A stretch of 64,000 nt of DNA from the human T2T-CHM13v2.0 reference genome, Homo sapiens. Each line of letters begins with the position of its first letter. Position 1 is the first letter of the stretch. The DNA is taken from assembly GCF_009914755.1 (NCBI RefSeq), contig NC_060927.1. One strand, 5' to 3'. This document shows positions 33,735 through 47,763 of the stretch, piece after piece. The notes beneath the pieces were generated by a model. The model saw nothing but the letters and a program-made list of their open reading frames with translations. It was not told the origin of the DNA and ran no database searches. The position numbers and the translations under genes were made by a program.

Positions 33735-35169
33735 ATGACAAAAGCCTCATAGGATGGGGCCTTTTAAGACAAAACTCACCTAAGTGCTTGACACATTTGG
33801 GATGAAGAGTGTACTGACACATTTCAGACACTCGGTAACTTCAGACTGGCTGCCTGACATGAACCTGAAAATTTCTACCTTCCAGATGGTAGAGACAAAG
33901 AGAGAATACTCCCACACGTTTGCAAAGTCAAGCTCTCAAGGACATAAAACAAGACGAAAGGGAAACCTCATCTGGTTTTTGTTTCAGGGACCTGAAGCAA
34001 AGTTTGTAACTGACCAGTCTTCAGAGCTAGCTTGAAGAGAGGGCTTATAAGGGACCTACAGCAGCGTTTTATCCCATAGTACCCCTCTTTATGACAGAAT
34101 AACACAGAAGGACAAATTTATAGCAGAAAGTACACCAGGTTTGCTACAACCTAAGATTTGTCACACAAATCCTTTTTCCCATTAATCAAAACTTTGCAGA
34201 GGAGACAAGCGGTGATTTTTACCATTCACTCAGCCAGTTTGCACAGAGAGAGAGAAGTCAGAAGCCTGACTGTAAGAAATCCTTACCCTTTTGCCAACTT
34301 GCCAGGTTTCTGGGTTCCCTTTCTCCGAGTGGTTTTGAGACCCTGTTTGCTATACTGTAGCAGTGGGGGCCAAGCTGCATTACAAAAGAAAATCATCTTT
34401 TTCTGTTCATGGAAACATAGGGAAAAGCCTCTCAGTTTTGCATGATGCAGCCCAACTGGCTGCATGGGGAAGTGAATTAACATTTTCCATTCAGGCCAAA
34501 ACAAAATATACGTGACAAAACACAGACACCAGTCACCCCACTCAGCACCCAAGTATCAACCTGGCAAGGCTCAAACTTGCCCCTGTTGGTTCCTGCTGTC
34601 TTTGATCCACTAAGTGGGGTGGGATGACCTCTGACCAGGAATATCAATGGGTGGCCTCCAGGTAAGATGGAAGAGTGGACGGTCACCGTTGAGTTATGCC
34701 TGTTGAGCTTCCTTCAGGGCTCACTGAATGTGACTGATCAGACAAACTAGGAAAGCCTGCTGGACTTCTGTCAGCAATTTCCATGGGAAATCCTCTCCAC
34801 ACATACAAACATGCACAGCAAGGTAAAGACAAACAAAAAAGCCTTCCAAACCAATATTCCAGACCAGAAGAGGATTCTTCCAATCTAACCTCCTATTCTC
34901 TGTCTAAATGGGGAGAAATCTTCCCAAACTGAGGTTCATCCTACTATTTAGGGACAGCCAGCTAAGACCTTGGAAGGAGCCAAACTGAGTCCTCACAGGA
35001 GCCAAACTGAGGCCCTCCATAAGTGCTGAACCAAGACCCCTGAAGGCATTGAACTGAGACCCATCCTAAAAAACTGAGACTCCCATAGGAGCCGGACTAA
35101 TTGGGAGAAGGAAAGAGATGCTAGCTGGGCTTAGAACACTCACCAGACCAGTTTAAAAACATCTTTCTA

Positions 35170-35502
<333 letters not shown>

Positions 35503-35678
35503 TTATTGCATTGCAATTAGGCTCAAGCACCATGGTCAACATCACCTTACTGATAGGGAGAGCAGCAGAGATGGCCTTCAGTGCAAGAGAAATAAGTGGC
35601 CACCAGGGCTCACATTCAGGTCCATCATACCAGCAGGAGGTTAACAAACCATGAGCAGGCACCCACCCACAAAGGTGG

Positions 35679-35698
35679 ATCCTAGATGAGCCCTCAAA
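35679..35698 (-). other. Degenerate tRNA-Pro primer-binding site of the LTR8 provirus
   Basis: - strand TTGAGGGCTCATCTAGGAT versus TGGGGGCTCGTCCGGGAT, just after the 5' LTR. Confidence 0.7.
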
Positions 35699-35700
35699 TT

Positions 35701-36402
35701 TGTAATTGCTTGACAGGTTCTTCCTGCCCACTGCACAGACAAAATCATTTCACTGAAACCAGGGCACTGCAGTAAAGTAAGAGCTTAATTGACACAAGAC
35801 AGGCCATGCCACATGGAGATGAAGTTATTAATGAAAATCAATCTCTCCAAAGGCTCAGGGGTTAGGGGTTTCCAAGGATAGTTTGGTGGGCAGGGGACTA
35901 GGGAATGGGGAATGCTGATTGGTTTGGGATGAAATCACAGGGTGTGGAAAATGGTCCTTGTGTGCTGAGTTTGTCTCTGAGTGGGGCCACAGGACCAGCT
36001 GAGTAATGAGTCACAAGCCTGGGTGGGGTCAGTCTGCAAACATCTCCAAAACCAATTATGGGTTCTACACCAGGGATGTTACCTACAGAAGCAATTGGGA
36101 AAATCACAAATCTTGTGAATTCTGGAACAGCAGTTGGTTATGGTTTAAGCCTATATGTTAGCAGAATTCAGGCCTTTCTCATAATTCTAACCTTGTGGAC
36201 TTTCATTAGTTTTACAGAGGCAGTTTAGTTTTGGGAAGGGCTGTTATTATCCTTGCTTTAAGGTTAAACTATAAACTCAATTTCTCCCAAAGTCGGCTTG
36301 GTCTACACCCAGGAATGACCAAGGACAGCTTGGAGGTTAGAAGCAAGATGAAGTCTACTGTCGGATTTCTCTTACTGTCTTAATTTTGCAAGAGCAGTTT
36401 CA
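35701..36402 (-). mobile_element. LTR8A/B, 5' LTR
   Basis: Homologous along its length to 18497-19238. Confidence 0.9.
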
Positions 36403-37075
36403 TATTTAAGGGTTTCAACATGTGCTTTTTAAATAAGTAAATTACTAAAACATCTTTGTATAAATAGTTATTGCCTTTATCATAATTCAAGCTGCAACTT
36501 AATGTCACCAGAAGATTAAACAGTAAATATACAGAGGCTCATGAACTACAAATTGTAAAACAGCTCTCACTGTAAATTAAAATACAGATAAATAATTTCT
36601 ACAGATATTCGTTTATAAATTGAAGAAACTGCTCCCATAATTATAGAGTTACTTTAAGGACATACGGCAAAAAAAAAAAAATCTTAAAAATTAAACTTGT
36701 ATATTGTATAGACTTGTATACTGGTAGGTAAATGTTTGTTATTAGCATAAGGGAGGGACATAATGTGAGAATCAGCTAGTTTGGTCTTTCCTTATTAGTG
36801 GGGAAAGGGGCAAAATTAGGCATTGTTTACAACTTTATTTGACATGACCCAGATTTTGAGAAAATTGTCTTTTTATCTTTCATTCCTATATTGACAATTG
36901 TCATGTGAGAGAACACAGGTCAATCATGGAAACAGACATTTTGAGTCATTTCAACTCATCTAGCTGGACACGCATAGACCCAAAACATAGTTCAATTTAT
37001 TTCTATTCCAAAATAGAGTTCAATTTATTCCTCAGGAACCAACTGAGAGGTCTTCTGACTTTGCTGGTATGCTAG

Positions 37076-37971
37076 TGTAAACCAATAAGTATCTGAGACA
37101 GGTCTCAATCAATTTAGAGGTTTATTTTGCCAAGGTTAAGGACTGCGGCCCATGACACAGCCTCAGGAGGTCCTGAGAATGTGTGGCCAGGGTGGTTGGG
37201 TTACAGCTTTGTTTTACACATTTTAGGGAGACAGAAGTTACAGGTAAAGACATAAGTCAATATATGTAAGTTATGCATTAGTTTGGGCCAGAAAGGCAGG
37301 ACATCTCCAAGCAAGGGTAGAGGGTGTAGGGGGTTTCCAGGTCATAGGTGGATTTAAAGACTTCTCGATTGGCCATATGGTTGAAAGAGTTAAGCCCTGC
37401 CTGAAGAGTTGAATTCAGCATAAAGAAATGCTTGAGTTTAGATAAGGAGGTTGTGGAAGCCAGGGTTCTTGCCACGGAGATGAAGCCTCCAGGTAGCAGG
37501 CTTCAGAGAGAATAGATGGTGAATGTCTCTTATCAGACCTTAAAAGGTGTCAAACTCTCTGGAAAATACCTAGTAAGGGAAAGAGATTCTCCACTGAAAA
37601 CAAATTTCTCTCATAAGAGACAGCTTTGCAGGGCCATTTCAGAATATGTCAAAGAAATATATTTTGGTGTAAAATACTGTGATTTCCTTCAAGCCTGTTA
37701 TCTGTCATCTGATACTACACCAGAGTCAGGTTGGAATTTGGTATCTTACCGCTACAAGGAATCTATTTTGCCAGTTTTAAGATCTCCGTTTTAATGTTAG
37801 TGCTGGTCAGTTGTGTCTAAACTCCAGAGGAAGGCAGGTACAATAAGACAAGTCTGACCTCCCACCACCCTTCTCATCATGGCCTGAACCAGTTTTTCAG
37901 GTTTCTTTGGGGTCCCAGTGGTCAAGAGGGGGGTCCATACAGTCAGTTGAGAGGTTTATTTCTGGTTTACA
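37076..37971 (-). mobile_element. Solo MER4-family LTR (MER4D1-like)
   Basis: TGTAAACC...GGTTTACA termini, TSD CTAG on both sides, AATAAA on - strand at about 37121. Confidence 0.88.
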
Positions 37972-38062
37972 CTAGTAATCCAGAGAGGGGATTAAACCCT
38001 GTTTAACTCTCCACCCTCATTTTCACCTTGTTTGAAAAAAGATTCACACAGATCCACCAATC

Positions 38063-38359
38063 ATTATTATTATTATTATTATTATCATTTTTGAGACAGA
38101 GTCTTGCTTTGTCACCTAGGCTAGAGTGCAGTGGTGCAATCCTGGCTCACTGCAACCTCTGCCTCTGGGTTCAAGTGATTCTTGTGCCTCAGCCTCCTGA
38201 GTAGCTGGGACTGCAGGTGTGCGCTACCACGCCTGGCTAATTTTTTGTATTTTTAGTAGATACAGGGCTTCACCATGTTGTCTAGGCTGGCTTTGAACTT
38301 CTGTCCTCATGTGATCTGCTGGCCTTGGCATCCCAAGGCATAAGCCACCACGCTCAGCC
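38063..38359 (-). mobile_element. AluS
   Basis: (ATT)n tail; TSD accaatcattattatt. Confidence 0.92.
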
Positions 38360-38426
38360 ACCAATCATTATTATTGTTAATTTTTTCTTTTAATACACTG
38401 TTGCTGGCTTGAATTTTTTTTAACAA

Positions 38427-38563
38427 TTTTTTTTTTTTTTTTTTGGTAGAGATGGTTCTTGCTATGTTGCCCAGGCTGCTCTTGAACTCCTGAGCTCAGG
38501 CAATCCTCCCCTGTCAGCCTCCCAAAGTGCTGGAATTATAGGCATTAGCCACCACACCTAGTT
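38427..38563 (-). mobile_element. FLAM_C
   Basis: Monomer with T tail; TSD aacaatt. Confidence 0.88.
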
Positions 38564-38610
38564 CAACAATTATTAACAATTTCCGTAGTTTGGTGTCTCT
38601 CTCTCTTTCT

Positions 38611-38611
<1 letters not shown>

Positions 38612-38664
<53 letters not shown>

Positions 38665-38669
38665 ACACA
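38612..38669. repeat. (CA)n microsatellite
   Basis: About 29 CA/CG units. Confidence 0.98.
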
Positions 38670-39300
38670 GCTTTTTTTTCTCTTTTTTTCTGAATGGTTT
38701 GAGAGTAAGTTGCAGACATCATGTCCCTTCACCCCTTCACCCCTAAATATTTCCATGACTATATCCAAAGAGCAATAACATTTGCTTATTTATGTAACCT
38801 CAACATAGTTATCAAATTTAGGAAATTTAACATTGATCCAATACTATTTTCTAATTGACTGTCTATATTCCAGTTTTGCCAGTTGTCCCATGAATATCCT
38901 GTATATAGCTATTTTTATTTCTAAGCCAGGACACACATTGCATTTAGCTTTCATATCTCTTTAGTCTCTAATTTGGAGCACTTTCTCAGCCTTTCTTTGT
39001 TCTTCATGACTCTGTATTCTTTAACCTAGGTTTGTCTGATGTTTTCTTATCTTTGAATTCAAGTTATATGTTTTGGACAGGATATCCTAGAAATAATATT
39101 GTGTCCTTCTCAGTGTATTACACCATGAAACATACATTGTGAGACTGTCCCATTAGCCATGACAAGAATGGATAAGGTGGTGTCCATCAGGTTTCTGCAC
39201 TGCTAAATTACTATTTTTTTCTTTTGTAATTAATGAGTACTTTTGTGGGCAATAGTTAGGGTGTATGTGAATAACCTGTTCCTCACAAACTTTCACCTAT
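38670..39300 (-). mobile_element. L1MC-type 3' fragment
   Basis: ttgagagtaagttgcagacatcatg...aaatttaggaaatttaacattgat. Confidence 0.7.
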
Positions 39301-40321
39301 TCTTGGCTGAATTATCACCCTAATTTTAAAATATAGATAATAGATAGATATATAGATATATCTATATAGGTATATATATCTGTATAATGAGCGGAGCATG
39401 AGACAGAAACTGAATCAACTTTTACAATTCTACTAAATTATCCTTGGCGTGTAAAATAGTTGCAGAATGCCAGCAAACTTCCAACTAGTTCTTCAGTAGA
39501 TTGACAAACCAACCAGTCAGGTGAAAGCTGCAGATATTTTTAAACAGAGCTATCAGCAACCCCAAGAAAAGAAAGAATAAATTCAGGCTGAGACTGAACC
39601 TGGTAAGTCCTCAGGTTACATTCTCCTGCTACTCAGAGCCAGATAAACCTTGACTGTGTGACCCTCAGGCAATCCACCATTAATCTCAGGACAGGGAAAA
39701 GCCTTTATTTCTGTACGGAGTTACTGAATGCTTATTTTCAAAATGTGCTTGGTTTCCAAGGCAGAAGTTCTTTCCTGAGGAGGGGCTTTCCTTGTTTGCA
39801 ACCAATCTTGACTAGTAAAGGAAATGCACAGGCCACACCCACCTTGTGCTCCTCCAGTGCCTGGCGATTAAGGGCAGAGAGGTCCCTGGCTTTGTGGGGA
39901 TGGCTGGGATTGGGCTTTCTCTGGCTGCTTACATGTGGTACATTTACTTCTTTCTAAAGAAATCATTTGTTTTATATTCATTGGTTCTGCATGTCCCCTG
40001 ACATACATCATATGAAAAAGTGTTAATTCAGAAAGAAGACCTCAAATCGGATGGTCGATCAGTGACAAAGTTCTCCTGGGCTTTTCTAAGCACCTGTGGC
40101 TCCAGGATGGAATTATTCTCACAGCCAAGTAACAGTACAGTTATTTTCATTCATCTGTTTACTTGGAAAGAGAATTAATGTTTATGGGCTTATACAGAGA
40201 TTTATGTATAAGGAGAGTTTCCACAGCATTATCATAAAGAAAACTGATGGTCAAAATAAGTGTTCTTCAAGCAAAACAAAAAAACAAAAAACAATCTACT
40301 AGAATGGCAAGAGACCAAACT

Positions 40322-41010
<689 letters not shown>

Positions 41011-42421
41011 CTCAATATGATTTTGAAGCAAATTTCAGACATCATATCATTCTGTTTATAAATATTTCAGTAGGTAACTCTAAAAGATGACGGGTCTACA
41101 AAGACCCTAAATTGTTATACCTGAAAGAAATCAGCACAAATGCTGTGGCACATTCTGGTTTTCAGTCTAATGCGGGTGTTGAAAGTTGTGTCCCAGGCTG
41201 AGTCAGGAATAGGCAGAGGGGTGGGAGCCTGCTTGTGGCAGAGGAGTGAGGAGTGGGAGGAGAGAATTTATGAACACTTAGTGGGGTTCTGGGGAAGGGC
41301 AAGGCACAGAGAATGAGGGAGGAGGGAGGATGCTGTCACAGCACTTGGGGCTTGATAAATGTATGTGGAATAAATGACAACATCAAGGACCTTGGATGGA
41401 AAAATACCCTGTTTTCCACTGCTTTTGTCTTTTAGTTCTGGGTTTTCAGCCCCCTGAACTACGCATGTTAAGAAACATTTATAAGGAGTTATGTGTATTT
41501 ATTATGCTTAAAGATTCAACTAGCCTGCCTTAAGGTACGTAATATCTCTCAACCCCAAATACCCTTTCTTCTCTTTGTTTAAAATGCATCTTTATTCATA
41601 TACCCAATTTTTCTTTTTATTGGTATTAGATTTTGACTACAAGAGATTGGTCTCATTCCCAGGTTACCATGAATATGCCTGCATATCATCTTTTTTGTTC
41701 ATTAAAAACATTTTTTCCCCATTTTAGTTTTCTATTCCAAAAAAAAGTGTGTATTGACCCAACCCGCATGCAAATCAGTAACAGCACATTTCATGTTCTT
41801 GGTATATTTCCCTGTGCTTGCCTCTATTTCTGCAGCCCTCCTGCTGTTTTCCTGCCTGTGTGTTCTTTTATTCTGTTGATAGCTTTCATTTTGGTCTTCC
41901 CTTTGCATCTGGCCCTTCAAGCTGGGCTGCGGTTCCGCGCTGCGGTTGGGCCATTCAGTGATTGGACTCTGTCCAGCCCCTGCCAAATGCTGTCTCTTTC
42001 TGTAGCAGGAAAATGAGCTTAGGATATCTTTCTTATGGTGTCTTGAATGATGTATTTTGCTTTGGGTGCAAAAGCCCATACCAACTTGAAATGCTGTCTA
42101 TGCTCTGTATTTAATAATAAATAGAGTAGCAACAGTAATAATAATAGTAGAAACAGCCTTACACTTTTGGAGCCATTGTTGAGCACAGCCCTCCCCCTTG
42201 GCTATTATTTTTCGATAATAGTCAAAAAGGTCTATAGATTATATTGCAAAATATCTTCATGAATGTTTTGTTGTGCCAACATTTTTCCCTGTGCTGTTAT
42301 GGATTGTATCATAGTCCTCTCAATAGAAGTGAAAATTTAAAAATGAGAATTATTCTAGCTGATGACCAGAATAAATATTCATAAGAAAAAAAACTCTTCT
42401 ATAATGGCAGGAGAGTAAGCC

Positions 42422-43730
42422 TTATTTTTATTGAAATATGATTAGCAGACAATGAAATGCACATCTTAAGAATTTGATGAGTCTTGACAATTGTATACAG
42501 TCATATACCATCACCAAAACAAGATCATAGATCATTTCCATCACCTCAGAATGCTCCCTCCTGTTCCCTTCCAGTCAATACTCACCCCTCAGAGGCAGCC
42601 ACTGTTCTGATATTTATCACTATAGAGAGGTTTTGCCTGTTCTTGAATATTGTATAAATGCAGTATGAGTGCTCTTGTATCTGACTCTTTTTTCTACTTA
42701 TTATTATGTCTGTGAGATTTATTCATGCTGTTGTGTGTATGTATAGTCCATTCCCTATTATGCTGAGTAGTATTCCATTATGTGTCAGGTAATTTGTTTA
42801 TCTGTTCACCTGTTGATGGGCATTTAAATTGTTTTCAGTTTTGGACTATTTTGAATAAAGTTGCTATGAACATCTGTGTGCAGGTCTTTATGTGAGTGTG
42901 GCAGAAGTCTCTAAAATGTCTCCCAGTGATCCCTGTCTCCTGTTGTTCTTGACCCTGTGCAGTCACCTCTCTTGAGTGTGGGTGGGACTTGTGACTCCTT
43001 CTAACTAACAGAATCTGGTAAAGGTGATGGGATGTCATTTCCATGATTATGTCACATATGACTGTATCTTTCATCCTGTTAGCAGGTGCTGTTGACTCTT
43101 TTGCTGGCTTCTATGAAATAAGCTTCCCTATGGAGACACCTACATGACACGGAGCTAGGGGTGACCTCTGATCAAGAGCCAGTGAGAAATTGAGGCCCTC
43201 AGTTGAGAGTCTGCAGGAAACCAAATCCTGCCAACAACTATATGAGCTTGGAAGTGGTTCCTTCCCTAGTTGAGCCTCTGATGAGACCTGAGCCCTGGCT
43301 GGTACATTGTTGGCAGTTTTATGAGAGGTGCTAATGAGGAGGACCCAGCTAAGCCAGGCCCAAACTCCTGGCCCACGGAAACTGTGAGCCAATAAATGCA
43401 GCTTTTTAAAGCTGTTAAGTTTGTGGTAATGTTACACAGCAATAGGTTAAAACAGTGGGCACGCATTTTTAACTATCTTGGATAAATATCTAAGAGTGGA
43501 ATGACTAGATCATATAGTAAGTGTATATTTAACTTTTGAAGGAACTGCCAAACTCTTGTTCACATGGGTGTATATTTTTATACTCCTTCCAGCAGTGTAT
43601 GAGAGTTCCACTTGCTCCACGTCCGCAACAACATTTTGTGTTGCCAGTCTTTTTGATTTTCCATTCCAACTGGCATGGAATTATCACATTGTGGTTTTTA
43701 ATTTGCATTTACTTGATGACTAATGAGGAA
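42422..43730 (-). mobile_element. L1ME-type 3' end interrupted by MLT1
   Basis: Typical antisense L1 3' motifs (gttgctatgaacat; cagcagtgtatgagagttcc). Confidence 0.75.
42897..43454 (+). mobile_element. MLT1F-like MaLR solo LTR
   Basis: tgtggcag...aataaatg...aaaca; TSD gtgag/gtggg. Confidence 0.8.
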
Positions 43731-44102
43731 TAAACCTGTTTTAACCCATTATGCAACCTGTTCAAAATTTGTTTTTCTTCCAAGAGAAATACAGCTTGTT
43801 TGTTAGCTTAAGGTTTTTGGTCCTTGTTATTTGAGATACACAGATGAAAAGACAGGATTCCTGACTTAAAGAAACATAATGTAAGGAACACATCAACATA
43901 TTATTGCATGTAAAATATAAAATGGGGAATAGAAAACATGAGATATTTACTATATACCTCATATATAAAATGAAAAATGAAATGGAAAAATGAGTAAATT
44001 AGTATACTGATTGCTAAGTGAAATAACATGTACTACTATGCCTTAAGGTAGGTGTTTGCAAATTTCATTTTAACATAAGGAATCTGAAGCTTACAGACAA
44101 TT

Positions 44103-44440
44103 ACCAGTTGAAATGGGCTGGGCTATGCTGCAGTAACAAACATCTCTCCATATTTCAGTGGTTTAAAACAACAAAGGCTTATTTCTTGCCCATATATACG
44201 TCCATCATGAGTTGGTCTGGAATTCTGTTCCGTATCTTTGTTGTTTTCATTGTAGAACTCTGGCTAACAGAGTGTGCACCACATTGCTGATACAGTGGCA
44301 AAAGGAAAAAAAAAGCATAGCAAAGATTGCACAAGCTCTCAAAGTTTCACCTAGTAGTGATATATTCACTTTGCTCACTTTTGTGGACAAAGGACAAAGG
44401 ACTCCAGTGGGGCAGGGAAATATAATTCCATCCTCTAGAG
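44103..44440 (-). mobile_element. Old MaLR LTR (MLT1K/L-like) splitting a MIR
   Basis: ggctatgctgcagtaacaaac...cagtggtttaaaacaacaaaggcttatttcttgc; MIR halves at about 44050-44100 and 44440-44520. Confidence 0.55.
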
Positions 44441-45109
44441 GTAAAGTGATTTACCCTAAAGAGCAGAATCTTGACTCAACCCGGATCTTAAGATTCTAAA
44501 CCTAATGCTTTTCCTTCTACACCGTAGTTGTCCTAAATGATCCTTAAAATAATATTGTTTCATTTACCTACTGTTTCCATAGTGTTTTTGTTCTATTTCT
44601 AAGGTTGAAATATTCCCTTATTCATTTTTCATCAAAATGAGCCAGATAGCTCATGTAAAAAGAATTTATTTATTTAGCATGCCTGCTTATACACAGATGC
44701 GTATTTTCAATTTCTTCATTTCCAGTTCAGAAAGCTCTGTTGGTAATGAATTTTCATTAAAGTAGTACAAGATTGTAAAATAAAATAAGCTTTGACACAT
44801 TTTCCAAAATAATCAACACAAACCCAATGTGAGAACCAGTCAATTATTACCTCTGGAATCAGTCCCAGATTATTAAAATGCAATTATACTCAGAAAAGTA
44901 ACCCAGCAGGGGACCACATTTTTTTTTTTCTCAGTCATTTTCACAGTAAATTTTTTTAGGGTCTAGTGGACACCTCTTCCACACTCTCCTCCTGATAGCT
45001 GAACAACACTGTAGGTTCACCCAGGACTTAAGAATACCAGAATTTGTTTCTCCCTCCATTGGTTTCAAAGACACCAATTAGATACTAAATCAGATATGGT
45101 TAGATATGA

Positions 45110-45350
45110 TCTGTAGATGGGTTTTATAGCTCACAGTGTTTACAACTTTAAAAGATTAGCTGCCGGTACTTAAAAATTGTGCATATAAGTTTGGATTTGC
45201 AGCTTCTCTTGGAAAACTGAAAGAGCTGATAACCCTGGGCCTCATTTCTATGTGGCAATACTTGCCTGATACTGAGTGACAGCTGGCCCTTTAGGAGGGC
45301 CAGGTGCCACAGAGATCCTCATAGTCCCCACCTGGGACCTCTTCACTTAC
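45110..45350. mobile_element. MER102-like hAT element
   Basis: ggatttgcagcttctcttggaaaactgaaagagctgataaccctgggcc. Confidence 0.55.
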
Positions 45351-45771
45351 CTGAGTTTCCCGATGAAGGTACACAGAAATTGAAGCTTTCTCAGCATCTG
45401 TCTCTTCCTGATTCTCTGCAGTTTTCCAAGCCCCAGCTGTCAGAAGCCCCCTGATACCTTGAGCTGCTCAGCAGATCTTCCCTAAGAGCTGCCTGTAGGG
45501 GTAAGAACCAGATGCCATAGCAGTAATGGCCAGTGAATTCAGCCCAGAGCAGTGCACAATTCCCTTGGTTCCTGTCAGGAATTTAAGGCAATGCCTGAGC
45601 TTCCCCTGACTTGGTTCCCCAACTTGCCTTTCTGCTTGGGCCCTTGTTAAACTGACAGTCCACCCCTTGTTCATTCCTATGAGGTGTACAGATTCTCAGA
45701 GGTGGCTGCAACCTTCTATTCCTTGATAGCCCTCTCCTGGTTTGGACCCTAGGCTTCCTGCTTACCTGTAG

Positions 45772-46204
<433 letters not shown>

Positions 46205-46338
46205 TGTAGCAGGGTCTTTGCCTTAGGAGGCAGGATGATGAACTGACCAATGGGACACAACAGGTAGTCCAGAAACCAGAAAAACACCTATATAGCCACC
46301 TGATTTATGACAAAGGTGACACTACAGTATAGTGGTGA

Positions 46339-46652
<314 letters not shown>

Positions 46653-46824
46653 AGGTTGTTTTTTTAAAATAACAGTGTTGGGTGTATTGTATATCTACAT
46701 ATAAAAAGTCTGTCTTTATCTCTGCCTCACACATACACCAAACTCAATTCCAGGTGAATTGCAGATCTAAAACAAGTAGGACTCTGAAAGAATACATAGG
46801 AGGAATCTTCAGGAGCCTGCAGTA

Positions 46825-47165
46825 CTGCTTGTTTATTTAGTTCACTTTTTAAGTCATTCCACACAAAGGAGGATTGAAAGCCTACCATATATTGGGCTTC
46901 GTGCTGGGCAGCAGTGATACAAGAGTGAACAGTTTAGTTGCCCTCCAAGAGGATGCAGTTTAGTTGGGGAAAGACACAAGAAGCAAATGAGTACAACAAA
47001 GGGTGATGAACCCCCTAACAGTATATTAAGGGAGCCCAGAGGCAAGGTGAAGTAGGGTGAGGGAAGACTTTCACCCTAGTGCATGAGGGAGGAGTTAGCT
47101 GGGAGGAGTGGGGATAAGGGCACGTCTGGCAGAGAAACCAGCATGTGCAAAGGCAAGGAAGAACC
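46825..47165 (-). mobile_element. L2 fragment
   Basis: ...ggcagagaaaccagcatgtgcaaaggc. Confidence 0.6.
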
Positions 47166-47249
47166 GGGCACACAGATTGCTACCCATTTCTTAAAAAGGT
47201 GTAGAAACTCTCTTGAATTATATGCTGGCTTCTTGCTGAGAAGTATCAC

Positions 47250-47450
47250 GTGTCAGTTTAGCACATATGTCACAACATGTGATGTCAATGATGGGTATTG
47301 TTATCCCAGTTTTACTGATGGGAAAGTGGATTTGGGGCACTTGGATGACTTATCCAAGTCCATCCAGCTCTCTAGTTGAGATGGTGGAATTAGAACTCAT
47401 GTCTTTGGATCCCTACTTTTGTATTCTTTCCATTATGCCATGTGGCTGCT
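47250..47450 (-). mobile_element. MIR fragment
   Basis: ttatcccagttttactgatgggaaagtgga...tgacttatccaagtc. Confidence 0.6.
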
Positions 47451-47744
47451 AGGTCAGCCCAAATCACGCCTTTGGAACATCATAGAGCCGAAGGCTTTAA
47501 GGGGAGTAGGAAGGACGCTCACACAATCTCTGGCTAGGTTTACAATTGGCCAGGTTAATGCCTTCAGGCTGCCCAGCATACATAAAGCTAAGGGACCAGC
47601 AAAGGGAAGGTTATATGAATGTGGTTACAAAGGGTCCAGGTCACAGATGTGCTGAGTCAAAAGTGTCTATTTTACACTATATGACTCTAAATGGAGGGGG
47701 GTGGTCCTGAAAGGAAACGCATACTTGGACGCCATGCCCAACAT

Positions 47745-47763
47745 CTGCCACTAGGTGGAGCTC
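47745..47763 (+). promoter_or_regulatory. Candidate CTCF site
   Basis: CTGCCACTAGGTGGAGCTC resembles the CCASYAGRKGGCR core. Confidence 0.55.

Noticed and set aside
39349-39368. Perfect 20-bp palindrome tatatagatatatctatata
   Set aside because: Expected within low-complexity TA/GATA repeat
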